This document shows positions 1 through 14,552 of a DNA stretch of 64,000 nt, piece after piece; position 1 is the stretch's first letter, and every line of letters starts with the position of its first letter. Origin of the DNA: Octopus sinensis (taxonomy: Eukaryota). Below the pieces are notes generated by a model, which was given only the letters and a program-made list of their open reading frames with translations, was not told the DNA's origin and did not search any database. The translations under genes were made by a program, and so were the position numbers. The stretch spans positions 147,994,001-148,058,000 of the forward strand of contig NC_043000.1 of the NCBI RefSeq assembly GCF_006345805.1, given 5' to 3'.

Positions 1-3000
1 GCAGCTGCAGTGACAACAACATCACAACAGTAGTGACAATGCTTGCAGCTGCAGTGACAGAAACATCACAACAGTAGTGACAATGATTGCAGCTGCAGTG
101 GCAACAACATCACAACAGTAGTGACAATGATTGCAGCTGCAGTGACAACAACATCACAACAGTAGTGACAATGCTTGCAGCTGCAGTGACAGAAACATCA
201 CAACAGCAGTGACAATGATTGCAGCTGCAGTGGCAACAACATCACAACAGTAGTGACAATGATTGCAGCTGCAGTGGCAACAACATCACAACAGTAGTGA
301 CAATGATTGCAGCTGCAGTGGCAACAACATCACAACAGTAGTGACAATGATTGCAGCTGCAGTGGCAACAACATCACAACAGTAGTGACAATGATTGCAG
401 CTGCAGTGGCAACAACATCACAACAGTAGTGATAATGATTGCAGCTGCAGTGACAACAACATCACAACAGTAGTGACAAAGATTGCAGCTGCAGTGGCAA
501 CAACATCACAACAGTAGTGACATGATTGCAGCTGCAGTGGCAACACATCACAACAGTAGTGACAATGATTGCAGCTGCAGTGGCACAACATCACAACAGT
601 AGTGACAATGATTGCAGCTGCATTGGCAACAACATCACAACAGTAGTGATAATGATTGCAGCTGCAGTGACAACAACATCACAACAGTAGTGACAAAGAT
701 TGCAGCTGCAGTGGCAACAACATCACAACAGTAGTGATAATGATTGCAGCTGCAGTGACAACAACATCACAACAGTAGTGACAATGATTGCAGCTGCAGT
801 GACAACAACATCACAACAGTAGTGACAATGATTGCAGCTGCAGTGGCAACAACATCACAACAGTAGTGATAATGATTGCAGCTGCAGTGACAACAACATC
901 ACAACAGTAGTGACAATGATTGCAGCTGCAGTGACAACAACATCACAACAGTAGTGATAATGATTGCAGCTGCAGTGACAACAACATCACAACAGTAGTG
1001 ACAATGATTGCAGCTGCAGTGACAACAACATCACAACAGTAGTGACAATGATTGCAGCTGCAGTGGCAACAACATCACAACAGTAGTGATAATGATTGCA
1101 GCTGCAGTGACAACAACATCACAACAGTAGTGACAATGATTGCAGCTGCAGTGACAACAACATCACAACAGTAGTGACAATGATTGCAGCTGCAGTGGCA
1201 ACAACATCACAACAGTAGTGACAATGATTGCAGCTGCAGTGGCAACAACATCACAACAGTAGTGACAATGATTGCAGCTGCAGTGCAACAACATCACAAC
1301 AGTAGTGACATGATTGCAGCTGCAGTGGCAACAACATCACAACAGTAGTGACAATGATTGCAGCTGCAGTGGCAACAACATCACAACAGTAGTGATAATG
1401 ATTGCAGCTGCAGTGACAACAACATCACAACAGTAGTGACAAAGATTGCAGCTGCAGTGGCAACAACATCACAACAGTAGTGACAATGATTGCAGCTGCA
1501 GTGCAACACATCACAACAGTAGTGACAATGATTGCAGCTGCAGTGGCAACAACATCACAACAGTAGTGACAATGATTGCAGCTGCAGTGGCAACAACATC
1601 ACAACAGTAGTGATAATGAATGCAGCTGCAGTGACAACAACATCACAACAGTAGTGACAAAGATTGCAGCTGCAGTGGCAACAACATCACAACAGTAGTG
1701 ATAATGATTGCAGCTGCAGTGACACAACATCACAACAGTAGTGACAATGATTGCAGCTGCAGTGACACAACATCACAACAGTAGTGACAATGATTGCAGC
1801 TGCAGTGGCAACAACATCACATCACACAGTAGTGATAATGATTGCAGCTGCAGTGACAACAACATCACAACAGTAGTGACAATGATTGCAGAGCTGCAGT
1901 GACAACAACATCACAACAGTAGTGACAAGATTGCAGCTGCAGTGACAGAAACATCACAACAGTAGTGACAATTGCAGCTGCAGTGGCAACAAAATCACAA
2001 CAGTAGTGACAACGATTGCAGCTGCAGTGACAGAAACATCACAACAGTAGTGACAATGATTGCAGCTGCAGTGGCAACAACATCACAACAGTAGTGACAA
2101 TGATTGCAGCTGCAGTGACAACAACATCACAACAGTAGTGACAATGATTGCAGCTGCAGTGACAGAAACATCACAACAGCAGTGACATGATTGCAGCTGC
2201 AGTGACATCAACATCACAACAGTAGTGACAATGCTTGCAGCTGCAGTGACAGAAACATCACAACAGCAGTGACAATGATTGCAGCTGCAGTGGCAACAAC
2301 TATGACACAACAGTAGTGACAATGATTGCAGCTGCAGTGACAGGCACATCACAACAGTAGTGACAATGATTGCACAGCTGCAGTGGCAACAACCATCACA
2401 ACATTAGTGATAATGATTGCAGCTGCAGTGACAACAACATCACAACATAGTCATAGTGACCAATGATTGCATAGCTGCAGTGAAAAACAACATCACAACA
2501 ACATGTAGTGACAAAGATTGCATGCAATGCAGCGCAGTGGCACGATGAGCTTTGCAGCAGTGACAGACACCTCACAACAGTAGTGACAATGATTGCAGCT
2601 GCAGTGGCAACAACATCACAACAGTAGTGACAAAGATGCAGCTGCAGTGACAGAAACATCACAACAGTAGTGACAATGATTGCAGCTGCAGTGCGCAACA
2701 ACATCACAACAGTAGTGACAATGATTGCAGCTGCAGTGGCAACAACATCACAACAGTAGTGACAATGATTGCAGCTGCAGTGACAGCAACATCACAACAC
2801 AGTAGTGACAATGATTGCAGCTGCAGTGGCAACAACATCACAACAGTAGTGACAATGATTGCAGCTGCAGTGGCAACAACAACATCACAACAGTAGTGAC
2901 AATGATTGCAGCTGTCAGTGACAACACAACATCACAACAGTAGTGACAATGTTTGGCAGCTGCAGTGGCAACAACATCACAACAGTAGTGACAATGATTT

Positions 3001-6000
3001 GCAGATGGCACTGCAGTGACAGCAACATCACAACAGTATGTACAATGATTGCAGCTGCAGTGGCAACAACATCACACAGTAGTGACAAGATTGCAGCTGC
3101 AGTGACAGAAACACATCACAACAGTAGTGACATGATTGCAGCTGCAGTGACAGCAACATCACAACAGTAGTGACAATGATTGCAGCTGCAGTGGCAACAA
3201 CAACATCACACAGTAGTGACAATGATTGCAGCTGCAGTGGCAACAACATGTCACAACAGTAGTGACAATGATTGCAGCTGCAGTGACAGCAAGTCAACCA
3301 CAACAGTAGTGACAATGATTGCAGCTGCAGTGACAGGCAACATCACAACAGTAGTGACAATGTTTGCAGCTGCAGTGGCAACAACATCACAACAGTAGTG
3401 ACAATGATTGCAGGGGCGTGACAGCAACATCACAACATTAGTGACAATGATTGCAGCTGCAGTGGCAACAACAACATCACAACAGTAGTGACAATGATTG
3501 CAGCTGCAGTGACACAACATCACAACAGTAGTGACAATGATTGCAGCTGCAGTGGCAACAACATCACAACAGTAGTGACAAAGATTGCAGCTGCAGTGAC
3601 AGAAACATCACAACAGTAGTGACAATGATTGCAGCTGCAGTGGCAACAACATCACAACAGTAGTGACAAAGATTGCAGCTGCAGTGACAGAAACATCACA
3701 ACAGTAGTGACAATGATTGCAGCTGCAGTGGCAACAACATCACAACAGTAGTGACAAAGATTGCAGCTGCAGTGACAGAAACATCACAACAGTAGTGACA
3801 ATGATTGCAGCTGCAGTGACAACAACATCACAACAGTAGTGACAAAGATTGCAGCTGCAGTGACAGAACATCACAACAGTAGTGACAATGATTGCAGCTG
3901 CAGTGACAACAACATCACAACAGTAGTGACAAGATTGCAGCTGCAGTGGCAGAAACATCACAACAGTAGTGACAATGATTGCAGCTGCAGTGACAGCAAC
4001 ATCACAACAGTAGTGACAATGATTGCAGCTGCAGTGGCAACAACATCACAACAGTAGTGACAATGATTGCAGCTGCAGTGACACAACATCACAACAGTAG
4101 TGACAATGATTGCAGCTGCAGTGACAACAACATCACAACAGTAGTGACAATGATTGCAGCTGCAGTGGCAACAACATCACAACAGTAGTGACAATGATTG
4201 CAGCTGCAGTGACAGCAACATCACAACAGTAGTGACAACGATTGCAGCTGCAGTGGCAACAACATCACAATAGTGACAATGATTGCAGCTGCAGTGACAA
4301 CACATCACAACAGTAGTGACAATGATTGCAGCTGCAGTGACAACAACATCACAACAGTAGTGACAATGATTGCAGCTGCAGTGACAGCAACATCACAACA
4401 GTAGTGACAATGATTGCAGTGCAGTGGCAACAACATCACAACAGTAGTGACAAGATTGCAGCTGCAGTGACAGCAACATCACAACAGTAGTGACAATGAT
4501 TGCAGCTGCAGTGGCAACAACATCACAACAGTAGTGACAATGATTGCAGCTGCAGTGACAACAACATCACAACAGTAGTGACAATGATTGCAGCTGCAGT
4601 GGCAACAACATCACAACAGTAGTGACAATGATTGCAGCTGCAGTGACAGCAACATCACAACAGTAGTGACAATGATTGCAGCTGCAGTGACAACAACATC
4701 ACAACAGTAGTGACAATGATTGCAGCTGCAGTGACAACAACATCACAACAGTAGTGACAATGATTGCAGCTGCAGTGACAGCAACATCACAACAGTAGTG
4801 ACAATGATTGCAGCTGCAGTGGCAACAACATCACAACAGTAGTGACAATGATTGCAGCTGCAGTGGCAACACATCACAACAGTAGTGACAATGATTGCAG
4901 CTGCAGTGACAACAACATCACAACAGTAGTGACAATGATTGCAGCTGCAGTGACAACAACATCACAACAGTAGTGACAATGATTGCAGCTGCAGTGACAG
5001 CAACATCACAACAGTAGTGACAATGATTGCAGCTGCAGTGGCAACAACATCACAACAGTAGTGACAACGATTGCAGCTGCAGTGACACAACATCACAACA
5101 GTAGTGAGAATGATTGCAGCTGCAGTGACAGCAACATCACAACAGTAGTGACAATGATTGCAGCTGCAGTGACAACAACATCACAACAGTAGTGACAATG
5201 ATTGCAGCTGCAGTGGCAACAACATCACAACAGTAGTGACAATGATTGCAGCTGCAGTGGCAACAACATCACAACAGTAGTGACAATGATTGCAGCTGCA
5301 GTGACAGCAACATCACAACAGTAGTGACAATGATTGCAGCTGCAGTGACAACAACATCACAACAGTAGTGACAATGATTGCAGCTGCAGTGGCAACAACA
5401 TCACAACAGTAGTGACAATGATTGCAGCTGCAGTGGCAACAACATCACAACAGTAGTGACAATGATTGCAGCTGCAGTGGCAACAACATCACAACAGTAG
5501 TGACAATGATTGCAGCTGCAGTGACAGCAACATCACAACAGTAGTGACAATGATTGCAGCTGCAGTGACAGCAACATCACAACAGTAGTGACAATGATTG
5601 CAGCTGCAGTGGCAACAACATCACAACAGTAGTGACAATGATTGCAGCTGCAGTGACAGCAACATCACAACAGTAGTGACAATGATTGCAGCTGCAGTGA
5701 CAGCAACATCACAACAGTAGTGACAATGATTGCAGCTGCAGTGGCAACAACATCACAACAGTAGTGACAATGATTGCAGCTGCAGTGACAGAAACATCAC
5801 AACAGTAGTGACAATGATTGCAGCTGCAGTGGCAACAACATCACAACAGTAGTGATAATGATTGCAGCTGCAGTGGCAACAACATCACAACAGTAGTGAT
5901 AATGATTGCAGCTGCAGTGACAACACATCACAACAGTAGTGACATGATTGCAGCTGCAGTGGCAACAACATCACAACAGTAGTGACAACGATTGCAGCTG

Positions 6001-9000
6001 CAGTGACAGAAACATCACAACAGTAGTGACAATGATTGCAGCTGCAGTGGCAACAACATCACAACAGTAGTGATAATGATTGCAGCTGCAGTGACAACAA
6101 CATCACAACAGTAGTGACAATGATTGCAGCTGCAGTGACAACAACATCACAACAGTAGTGACAATGATTGCAGCTGCAGTGGCAACAACATCACAACAGT
6201 AGTGACAATGATTGCAGCTGCAGTGACAGCAACATCACAACAGTAGTGACAATGATTGCAGCTGCAGTGGCAACAACATCACAACAGTAGTGACAACGAT
6301 TGCAGCTGCAGTGACAGAAACATCACAACAGTAGTGACAATGATTGCAGCTGCAGTGACAACAACATCACAACAGTAGTGACAACGATTGCAGCTGCAGT
6401 GACAGAAACATCACAACAGTAGTGACAAAGATTGCAGCTGCAGTGGCAACAACATCACAACAGTAGTGACAACGATTGCAGCTGCAGTGACAGAAACATC
6501 ACAACAGTAGTGACAATGATTGCAGCTGCAGTGACAACAACATCACAACAGTAGTGACAAAGATTGCAGCTGCAGTGGCAACAACATCACAACAGTAGTG
6601 ACAACGATTGCAGCTGCAGTGACAGAAACATCACAACAGTAGTGACAATGATTGCAGCTGCAGTGACAACAACATCACAACAGTAGTGACAACGATTGCA
6701 GCTGCAGTGACAGAAACATCACAACAGTAGTGACAAAGATTGCAGCTGCAGTGGCAACAACATCACAACAGTAGTGACAACGATTGCAGCTGCAGTGACA
6801 GAAACATCACAATAGTAGTGACAATGATTGCAGCTGCAGTGACAACAACATCACAACAGTAGTGACAAAGATTGCAGCTGCAGTGGCAACAACATCACAA
6901 CAGTAGTGACAACGATTGCAGCTGCAGTGACAGAAACATCACAACAGTAGTGACAATGATTGCAGCTGCAGTGACAACAACATCACAACAGTAGTGACAA
7001 CGATTGCAGCTGCAGTGACAGAACATCACAACAGTAGTGACAAAGATTGCAGCTGCAGTGACAACAACATCACAACAGTAGTGACAACGATTGCAGCTGC
7101 AGTGACAGAAACATCACAACAGTAGTGACAACGATTGCAGCTGCAGTGACAACAACATCACAACAGTAGTGACAACGATTGCAGCTGCAGTGACAGAACA
7201 TCACAACAGTAGTGACAACGATTGCAGCTGCAGTGGCAACAACATCACAACAGTAGTGACAACGATTGCAGCTGCAGTGACAGAAACATCACAACAGTAG
7301 TGACAATGATTGCAGCTGCAGTGACAACAACATCACAACAGTAGTGACAAAGATTGCAGCTGCAGTGACAACAACATCACAACAGTAGTGACAACGATTG
7401 CAGCTGCAGTGACAGAACATCACAACAGTAGTGACAATGATTGCAGCTGCAGTGGCAACAACATCACAACAGTAGTGACAATGATTGCAGCTGCAGTGGC
7501 ACAACATCACAACAGTAGTGACAATGATTGCAGCTGCAGTGACAACAACATCACAACAGTAGTGACAATGATTGCAGCTGCAGTGACAACAACATCACAA
7601 CAGTAGTGACAATGATTGCAGCTGCAGTGACAACAACATCACAACAGTAGTGACAATGATTGCAGCTGCAGTGGCAACAACATCACAACAGTAGTGATAA
7701 TGATTGCAGCTGCAGTGACAACAACATCACAACAGTAGTGACAATGATTGCAGCTGCAGTGGCAACAACATCACAACAGTAGTGACAATGATTGCAGCTG
7801 CAGTGGCAACAACATCACAACAGTAGTGACAATGATTGCAGCTGCAGTGACAGCAACATCACAACAGTAGTGACAATGATTGCAGCTGCAGTGACACAAC
7901 ATCACAACAGTAGTGACAACGATTGCAGCTGCAGTGACAGAAACATCACAACAGTAGTGACAATGATTGCAGCTGCAGTGACACAACATCACAACAGTAG
8001 TGACAACGATTGCAGCTGCAGTGACAGAAACATCACAACAGTAGTGACAAATTGCAGCTGCAGTGGCAGCAACATCACAACAGTAGTGACAACGATTGCA
8101 GCTGCAGTGACAGAAACATCACAACAGTAGTGACAATGATTGCAGCTGCAGTGACAACAACATCACAACAGTAGTGACAAGATTGCAGCTGCAGTGGCAA
8201 CAACATCACAACAGTAGTGACAACGATTGCAGCTGCAGTGACAGAAACATCACAACAGTAGTGACAATGATTGCAGCTGCAGTGACAACAACATCACAAC
8301 AGTAGTGACAACGATTGCAGCTGCAGTGACAGAAACATCACAACAGTAGTGACAAGATTGCAGCTGCAGTGACAACAACATCACAACAGTAGTGACAACG
8401 ATTGCAGCTGCAGTGACAGAAACATCACAATAGTAGTGACAATGATTGCAGCTGCAGTGACAACAACATCACAACAGTAGTGACAAAGATTGCAGCTGCA
8501 GTGGCAACAACATCACAACAGTAGTGACAACGATTGCAGCTGCAGTGACAGAAACATCACAACAGTAGTGACAATGATTGCAGCTGCAGTGACAACAACA
8601 TCACAACAGTAGTGACAACGATTGCAGCTGCAGTGACAGAAACATCACAACAGTAGTGACAACGATTGCAGCTGCAGTGACAACAACATCACAACAGTAG
8701 TGACAACGATTGCAGCTGCAGTGACAGAAACATCACAACAGTAGTGACAATGATTGCAGCTGCAGTGACAACAACATCACAACAGTAGTGACAACGATTG
8801 CAGCTGCAGTGACAGAAACATCACAACAGTAGTGACAAAGATTGCAGCTGCAGTGGCAACAACATCACAACAGTAGTGACAACGATTGCAGCTGCAGTGA
8901 CAGAAACATCACAACAGTAGTGACAATGATTGCAGCTGCAGTGACAACAACATCACAACAGTAGTGACAAAGATTGCAGCTGCAGTGGCAACAACATCAC

Positions 9001-12000
9001 AACAGTAGTGACAACGATTGCAGCTGCAGTGACAGAAACATCACAACAGTAGTGACAATGATTGCAGCTGCAGTGACAACAACATCACAACAGTAGTGAC
9101 AATGATTGCAGCTGCAGTGACAGCAACATCAGAACAGTAGTGACAATGATTGCAGCTGCAGTGACAACAACATCAGAACAGTAGTGACAATGATTGCAGC
9201 TGCAGTGACAACAACATCAGAACAGTAGTGACAAAGATTGCAGCTGCAGTGACAGAAACATCAGAACAGTAGTGACAATGATTGCAGCTGCAGTGACAAC
9301 AACATCACAACAGTAGTGACAATGATTGCAGCTGCAGTGACAACAACATCACAACAGTAGTGACAATGATTGCAGCTGCAGTGACAACAACATCACAACA
9401 GTAGTGACAATGATTGCAGCTGCAGTGACACAACATCACAACAGTAGTGACAATGATTGCAGCTGCAGTGACAACAACATCACAACAGTAGTACAACGAT
9501 TGCAGCTGCAGTGACAGAAACATCACAACAGTAGTGACAACGATTGCAGCTGCAGTGACAACAACATCACAACAGTAGTGACAATGATTGCAGCTGCAGT
9601 GACAACAACATCAGAACAGTAGTGACATGATTGCAGCTGCAGTGACAACAACATCAGAACAGTAGTGACAATGATTGCAGCTGCAGTGACAACAACATCA
9701 CAACAGTAGTGACAATGATTGCAGCTGCAGTGACACAACATCAGAACAGTAGTGACAATGATTGCAGCTGCAGTGACACAACATCACAACAGTAGTGACA
9801 ATGATTGCAGCTGCAGTGACAACAACATCAGAACAGTAGTGACAATGATTGCAGCTGCAGTGACAACAACATCAGAACAGTAGTGACAATGATTGCAACT
9901 GCAGTGACAACAACATCACAACAGTAGTGACAATGATTGCAGCTGCAGTGACAACAACATCAGAACAGTAGTGACAATGATTGCAGCTGCAGTGACAACA
10001 ACATCAGAACAGTAGTGACAATGATTGCAGCTGCAGTGACAACAACATCACAACAGTAGTGACAACGATTGCAGCTGCAGTGACAGAAACATCACAACAG
10101 TAGTGACAATGATTGCAGCTGCAGTGACAACAACATCAGAACAGTAGTGACAATGATTGCAGCTGCAGTGACAACAACATCACAACAGTAGTGACAATGA
10201 TTGCAGCTGCAGTGACAACAACATCACAACAGTAGTGACAATGATTGCAGCTGCAGTGACAACAACATCACTACAGTAGTGACAATGATTGCAGCTGCAG
10301 TGACAACAACATCACAACAGTAGTGACAATGATTGCAGCTGCAGTGACAGAAACATCACAACAGTAGTGACAATGATTGCAGCTGCAGTGACAACAACAT
10401 CACAACAGTAGTGACAATGACTGCAGCTGCAGTGACAGAAACATCACAACAGTAGTGACAAAGATTGCAGCTGCAGTGACAGCAACATCACTACAGTAGT
10501 GACAATGATTGCAGCTGCAGTGACAACAACATCAGAACAGTAGTGACAATGATTGCAGCTGCAGTGACAACAACATCAGAACAGTAGTGACAATGATTGC
10601 AGCTGCAGTGACAACAACATCACAACAGTAGTGACAATGATTGCAGCTGCAGTGACAACAACATCAGAACAGTAGTGACAATGATTGCAGCTGCAGTGAC
10701 AACAACATCAGAACAGTAGTGACAACGATTGCAGCTGCAGTGACAGAAACATCACAACAGTAGTGACAACGATTGCAGCTGCAGTGACAGAAACATCACA
10801 ACAGTAGTGACAATGATTGCAGCTGCAGTGACAGCAACATCACTACAGTAGTGACAATGATTGCAGCTGCAGTGACAACAACATCAGAACAGTAGTGACA
10901 ATGATTGCAGCTGCAGTGACAGAAACATCACAACAGTAGTGACAATGATTGCAGCTGCAGTGACAGCAACATCACAACAGTAGTGACAACGATTGCAGCT
11001 GCAGTGACAACAACATCACAACAGTAGTGACAATGATTGCAGCTGCAGTGACAGCAACATCACTACAGTAGTGACAATGATTGCAGCTGCAGTGACAACA
11101 ACATCACAACAGTAGTGACAATGATTGCAGCTGCAGTGACAACAACATCAGAACAGTAGTGACAATGATTGCAGCTGCAGTGACAGAAACATCACAACAG
11201 TAGTGACAATGATTGCAGCTGCAGTGACAACAACATCACTACAGTAGTGACAATGATTGCAGCTGCAGTGACAACAACATCACAACAGTAGTGACAATGA
11301 TTGCAGCTGCAGTGACAGCAACATCACTACAGTAGTGACAATGATTGCAGCTGCAGTGACAACAACATCAGAACAGTAGTGACAATGATTGCAGCTGCAG
11401 TGACAGAAACATCACAACAGTAGTGACAATGATTGCAGCTGCAGTGACAGCAACATCACAACAGTAGTGACAACGATTGCAGCTGCAGTGACAACAACAT
11501 CACACAGTAGTGACAATGATTGCAGGCAGTGACAGCAACATCACAACAGTAGTGACAATGATTGCAGCTGCAGTGACAGCAACATCACAACAGTAGTGAC
11601 AATGATTGCAGCTGCAGTGACAGCAACATCACAACAGTAGTGACAATGATTGCAGCTGCAGTGACAACAACATCAGAACAGTAGTGACAATGATTGCAGC
11701 TGCAGTGACAACAACATCACAACAGTAGTGACAATGATTGCAGCTGCAGTGACAGAAACATCACAATAGTAGTGACAACGATTGCAGCTGCAGTGACAGA
11801 AACATCACAACAGTAGTGACAATGATTGCAGCTGCAGTGACAACAACATCACAACAGTAGTGACAATGATTGCAGCTGCAGTGACAGCAACATCACAACA
11901 GTAGTGACAATGATTGCAGCTGCAGTGACAACAACATCACTATAGTAGTGACAATGATTGCAGCTGCAGTGACAACAACATCACAACAGTAGTGACAATG

Positions 12001-13660
12001 ATTGCAGCTGCAGTGACAGCAACATCACAACAGTAGTGACAATGATTGCAGCTGCAGTGACAGCAACATCACAACAGTAGTGACAATGATTGCAGCTGCA
12101 GTGACAACAACATCAGAACAGTAGTGACAATGATTGCAGCTGCAGTGACAACAACATCACAACAGTAGTGACAATGATTGCAGCTGCAGTGACAGAAACA
12201 TCACAACAGTAGTGACAACGATTGCAGCTGCAGTGACAGAAACATCACAACAGTAGTGACAACGATTGCAGCTGCAGTGACAGCAACATCACAACAGTAG
12301 TGACAACGATTGCAGCTGCAGTGACAGAAACATCACAACAGTAGTGACAACGATTGCAGCTGCAGTGACAGAAACATCACAACAGTAGTGACAATGATTG
12401 CAGCTGCAGTGACAACAACATCAGAACAGCAGTGACAATGATTGCAGCTGCAGTGACAACAACATCACAACAGTAGTGACAATGATTGCAGCTGCAGTGA
12501 CAGAAACATCACAACAGTAGTGACAATGATTGCAGCTGCAGTGACAGAAACATCACAACAGTAGTGACAATGATTGCAGCTGCAGTGACAGCAACATCAC
12601 AACAGTAGTGACAATGATTGCAGCTGCAGTGACAACAACATCACAACAGTAGTGACAATAATTGCAGCTGCATTGACAACAACATCACAACAGTAGTGAC
12701 AACGATTGCAGCTGCAGTGACAACATCACAACTGTAGTGACAAGGATTGCAGCTGCAATGACAGGAACATCACAACTGTAGTGACAATGATTGCATCTGC
12801 AGTGACAACAATATCACTACAGTAGTGACAACGATTGCAGCTGCAGTGACAACATCACAACTGTAGTGACAAGGATTGCATCTGCAGTGACAGGAACATC
12901 ACAACTGTAGTGACAACGATTGCAGCTGCAGTGACAATGATTGCAGCTGCAGTGACAACATCACAACTGTAGTGACAAGGATTGCATCTGCAATGACAGG
13001 AACATCACAACTGTAGTGACAATGATTGCAGCTGCAGTGACAACAACATCACAACAGTAGTGACAACGATTGCAGCTGCAGTGACAGCAACATCACAACA
13101 GTAGTGACAACGATTGCAGCTGCAGTGACAGCAACATCACAACAGTAGTGACAACGATTGCAGCTGCAGTGACAGCAACATCACAACAGTAGTGACAACG
13201 ATTGCAGCTGCAGTGACAGGAACATCACAACAGTAGTGACAACGATTGCAGCTGCAGTGACAGCAACATCACAACAGTAGTGACAACGATTGCAGCTGCA
13301 GTGACAGGAACATCACAACTGTAGTGACAACGATTGCAGCTGCAGTGACAGCAACATCACAACAGTAGTGACAACGATTGCAGCTGCAATGACAACAACA
13401 TCACAACTGTAGTGACAATGATTGCAGCTGCAGTGACAACATCACAACTGTAGTGACAATGATTGCAGCTGCAGTGACAACATCACAACTGTAGTGACAA
13501 TGATTGCAGCTGCAGTGACAACATCACAACTGTAGTGACAATGATTGCAGCCGCAGTGACAACAATATCACAACAGTAGTGACAACGATTGCAGCTGCAG
13601 TGACAGGAACATCACAACAGTTGTGAGAACAACAATTGTAGTGACAGCAATGTCACAATT
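1..13660. repeat. 44-bp tandem satellite/minisatellite array, about 310 units, truncated by the window start; consensus GCAGCTGCAGTGACAACAACATCACAACAGTAGTGACAATGATT
   Basis: Unit recurs every 44 bp from base 1 (second unit starts at 45). Variants are confined to a few positions (GACAAC/GGCAAC/GACAGA/GACAGC; AATGATT/AACGATT/AAAGATT; ATCACA/ATCAGA/ATCACT). Units degenerate after about 12650 and stop at about 13660. Confidence 0.98.
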
Positions 13661-14123
13661 CTGACCGCTTCATCAAAGACAGTAGGTTGTTAGTTGAGGT
13701 TAAATTGGTTGCTATTTCTAGTAATTCAAATGATTACATAGATACTTCTGTTTGTCATTTTTTCTCAAAGATGTAAACAAACGAAGAAATGTCTTAGAAT
13801 TCAGACCTGTCTTTTAATTAGCTGATTGCTATAAACAAAAACCTCAAACCTGAATGCAAATAATTGTACAGTATGACAATAAATAGTTAATTTAACAATT
13901 ATATTTGATATATAGAGCATTAAAAACTAACTTGAAATGAATATACATACAAATAAAAATTTATACAAGTAAATGCCTAATATGCATTTTTTTTTACAAG
14001 CATGGGAAATAACTGCTGACATGTTTCATTCTTGTTCTGACCTTTTCTGCAAAGAATGGTTTTCCCCCTCCCCATATTTGTAAAAGTAGTGATAAATGAA
14101 TCACTAAGTAAATATATACGATA

Positions 14124-14294
14124 GGTGCAGGAGTGGCTATGTGGTAAGTAGCTTGCTAACCAACCACATGGTTCCGGGTTCTGTCCCACTGCGTGGCATC
14201 TTGGGCAAGTGTCTTCTGCTATAGCCCCGGGCCGACCAATGCCTTGTGAGTGGATTTGGTAGACGGAAACTGAAAGAAGCCTGTCGTATATATG

Positions 14295-14327
<33 letters not shown>

Positions 14328-14552
14328 TTCTGTGTCTGTGTTTGTCCCCCTAGCATTGCTTGACAACCGATGCTAGTGTGTTTACGTCCCCGTCACTTAG
14401 CAGTTCGGCAAAAGAGACCGATAGAATAAGTACTGGGCTTACAAAGAATAAGTCCCGGGGTCGATTCTTGAACTAAAGCGTGCGCTCCAGCATGGCCGCA
14501 GTCAAATGACTGAAACAAGTAAAAGAGAAAAAGAGTAAAGAGATTATGAACT
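14124..14552 (+). mobile_element. tRNA-derived SINE family A (about 400 bp, internal (TA)n(TG)n microsatellite, AAAAGAGT-type tail)
   Basis: Head GGTGCAGGAGTGGCTATGTGG with B-box-like GGTTCCGGGTTC; 3' stem-loop CAGTC-AAAT-GACTG; near-identical copies elsewhere in the window. Confidence 0.9.

Noticed and set aside
1800-3500. Indel-rich stretch of the array as a biologically distinct domain
   Set aside because: Scattered 1-3-base indels look like long-read consensus error; cannot be judged without the reads.
2083-9741. ORFs inside the 44-bp array, including Cys/His-rich CHCSCNHCHYCC and ITTVVTMIAAAV peptides
   Set aside because: 44 is not a multiple of 3, so every frame meets a stop about every 132 bp; the listed ORFs arise only where indels skip a stop.
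1-13660. Selenoprotein or metallothionein-like readthrough of the minus strand (typically one TGA per 132 bp)
   Set aside because: No start context or SECIS seen, some variants give TAG, and frequent indels break the frame.
1-13660. CRISPR array or hammerhead-containing satellite
   Set aside because: No unique spacers, no cas genes, eukaryotic context, and no CUGANGA/GAAA core in the unit on either strand.
13977-14366. Recurrent ORFs such as MSSNARGTNTDTETH... and ...SSNSAEVDFAFHPFGVDK...
   Set aside because: Translations of SINE families A and B, repeated at every copy.
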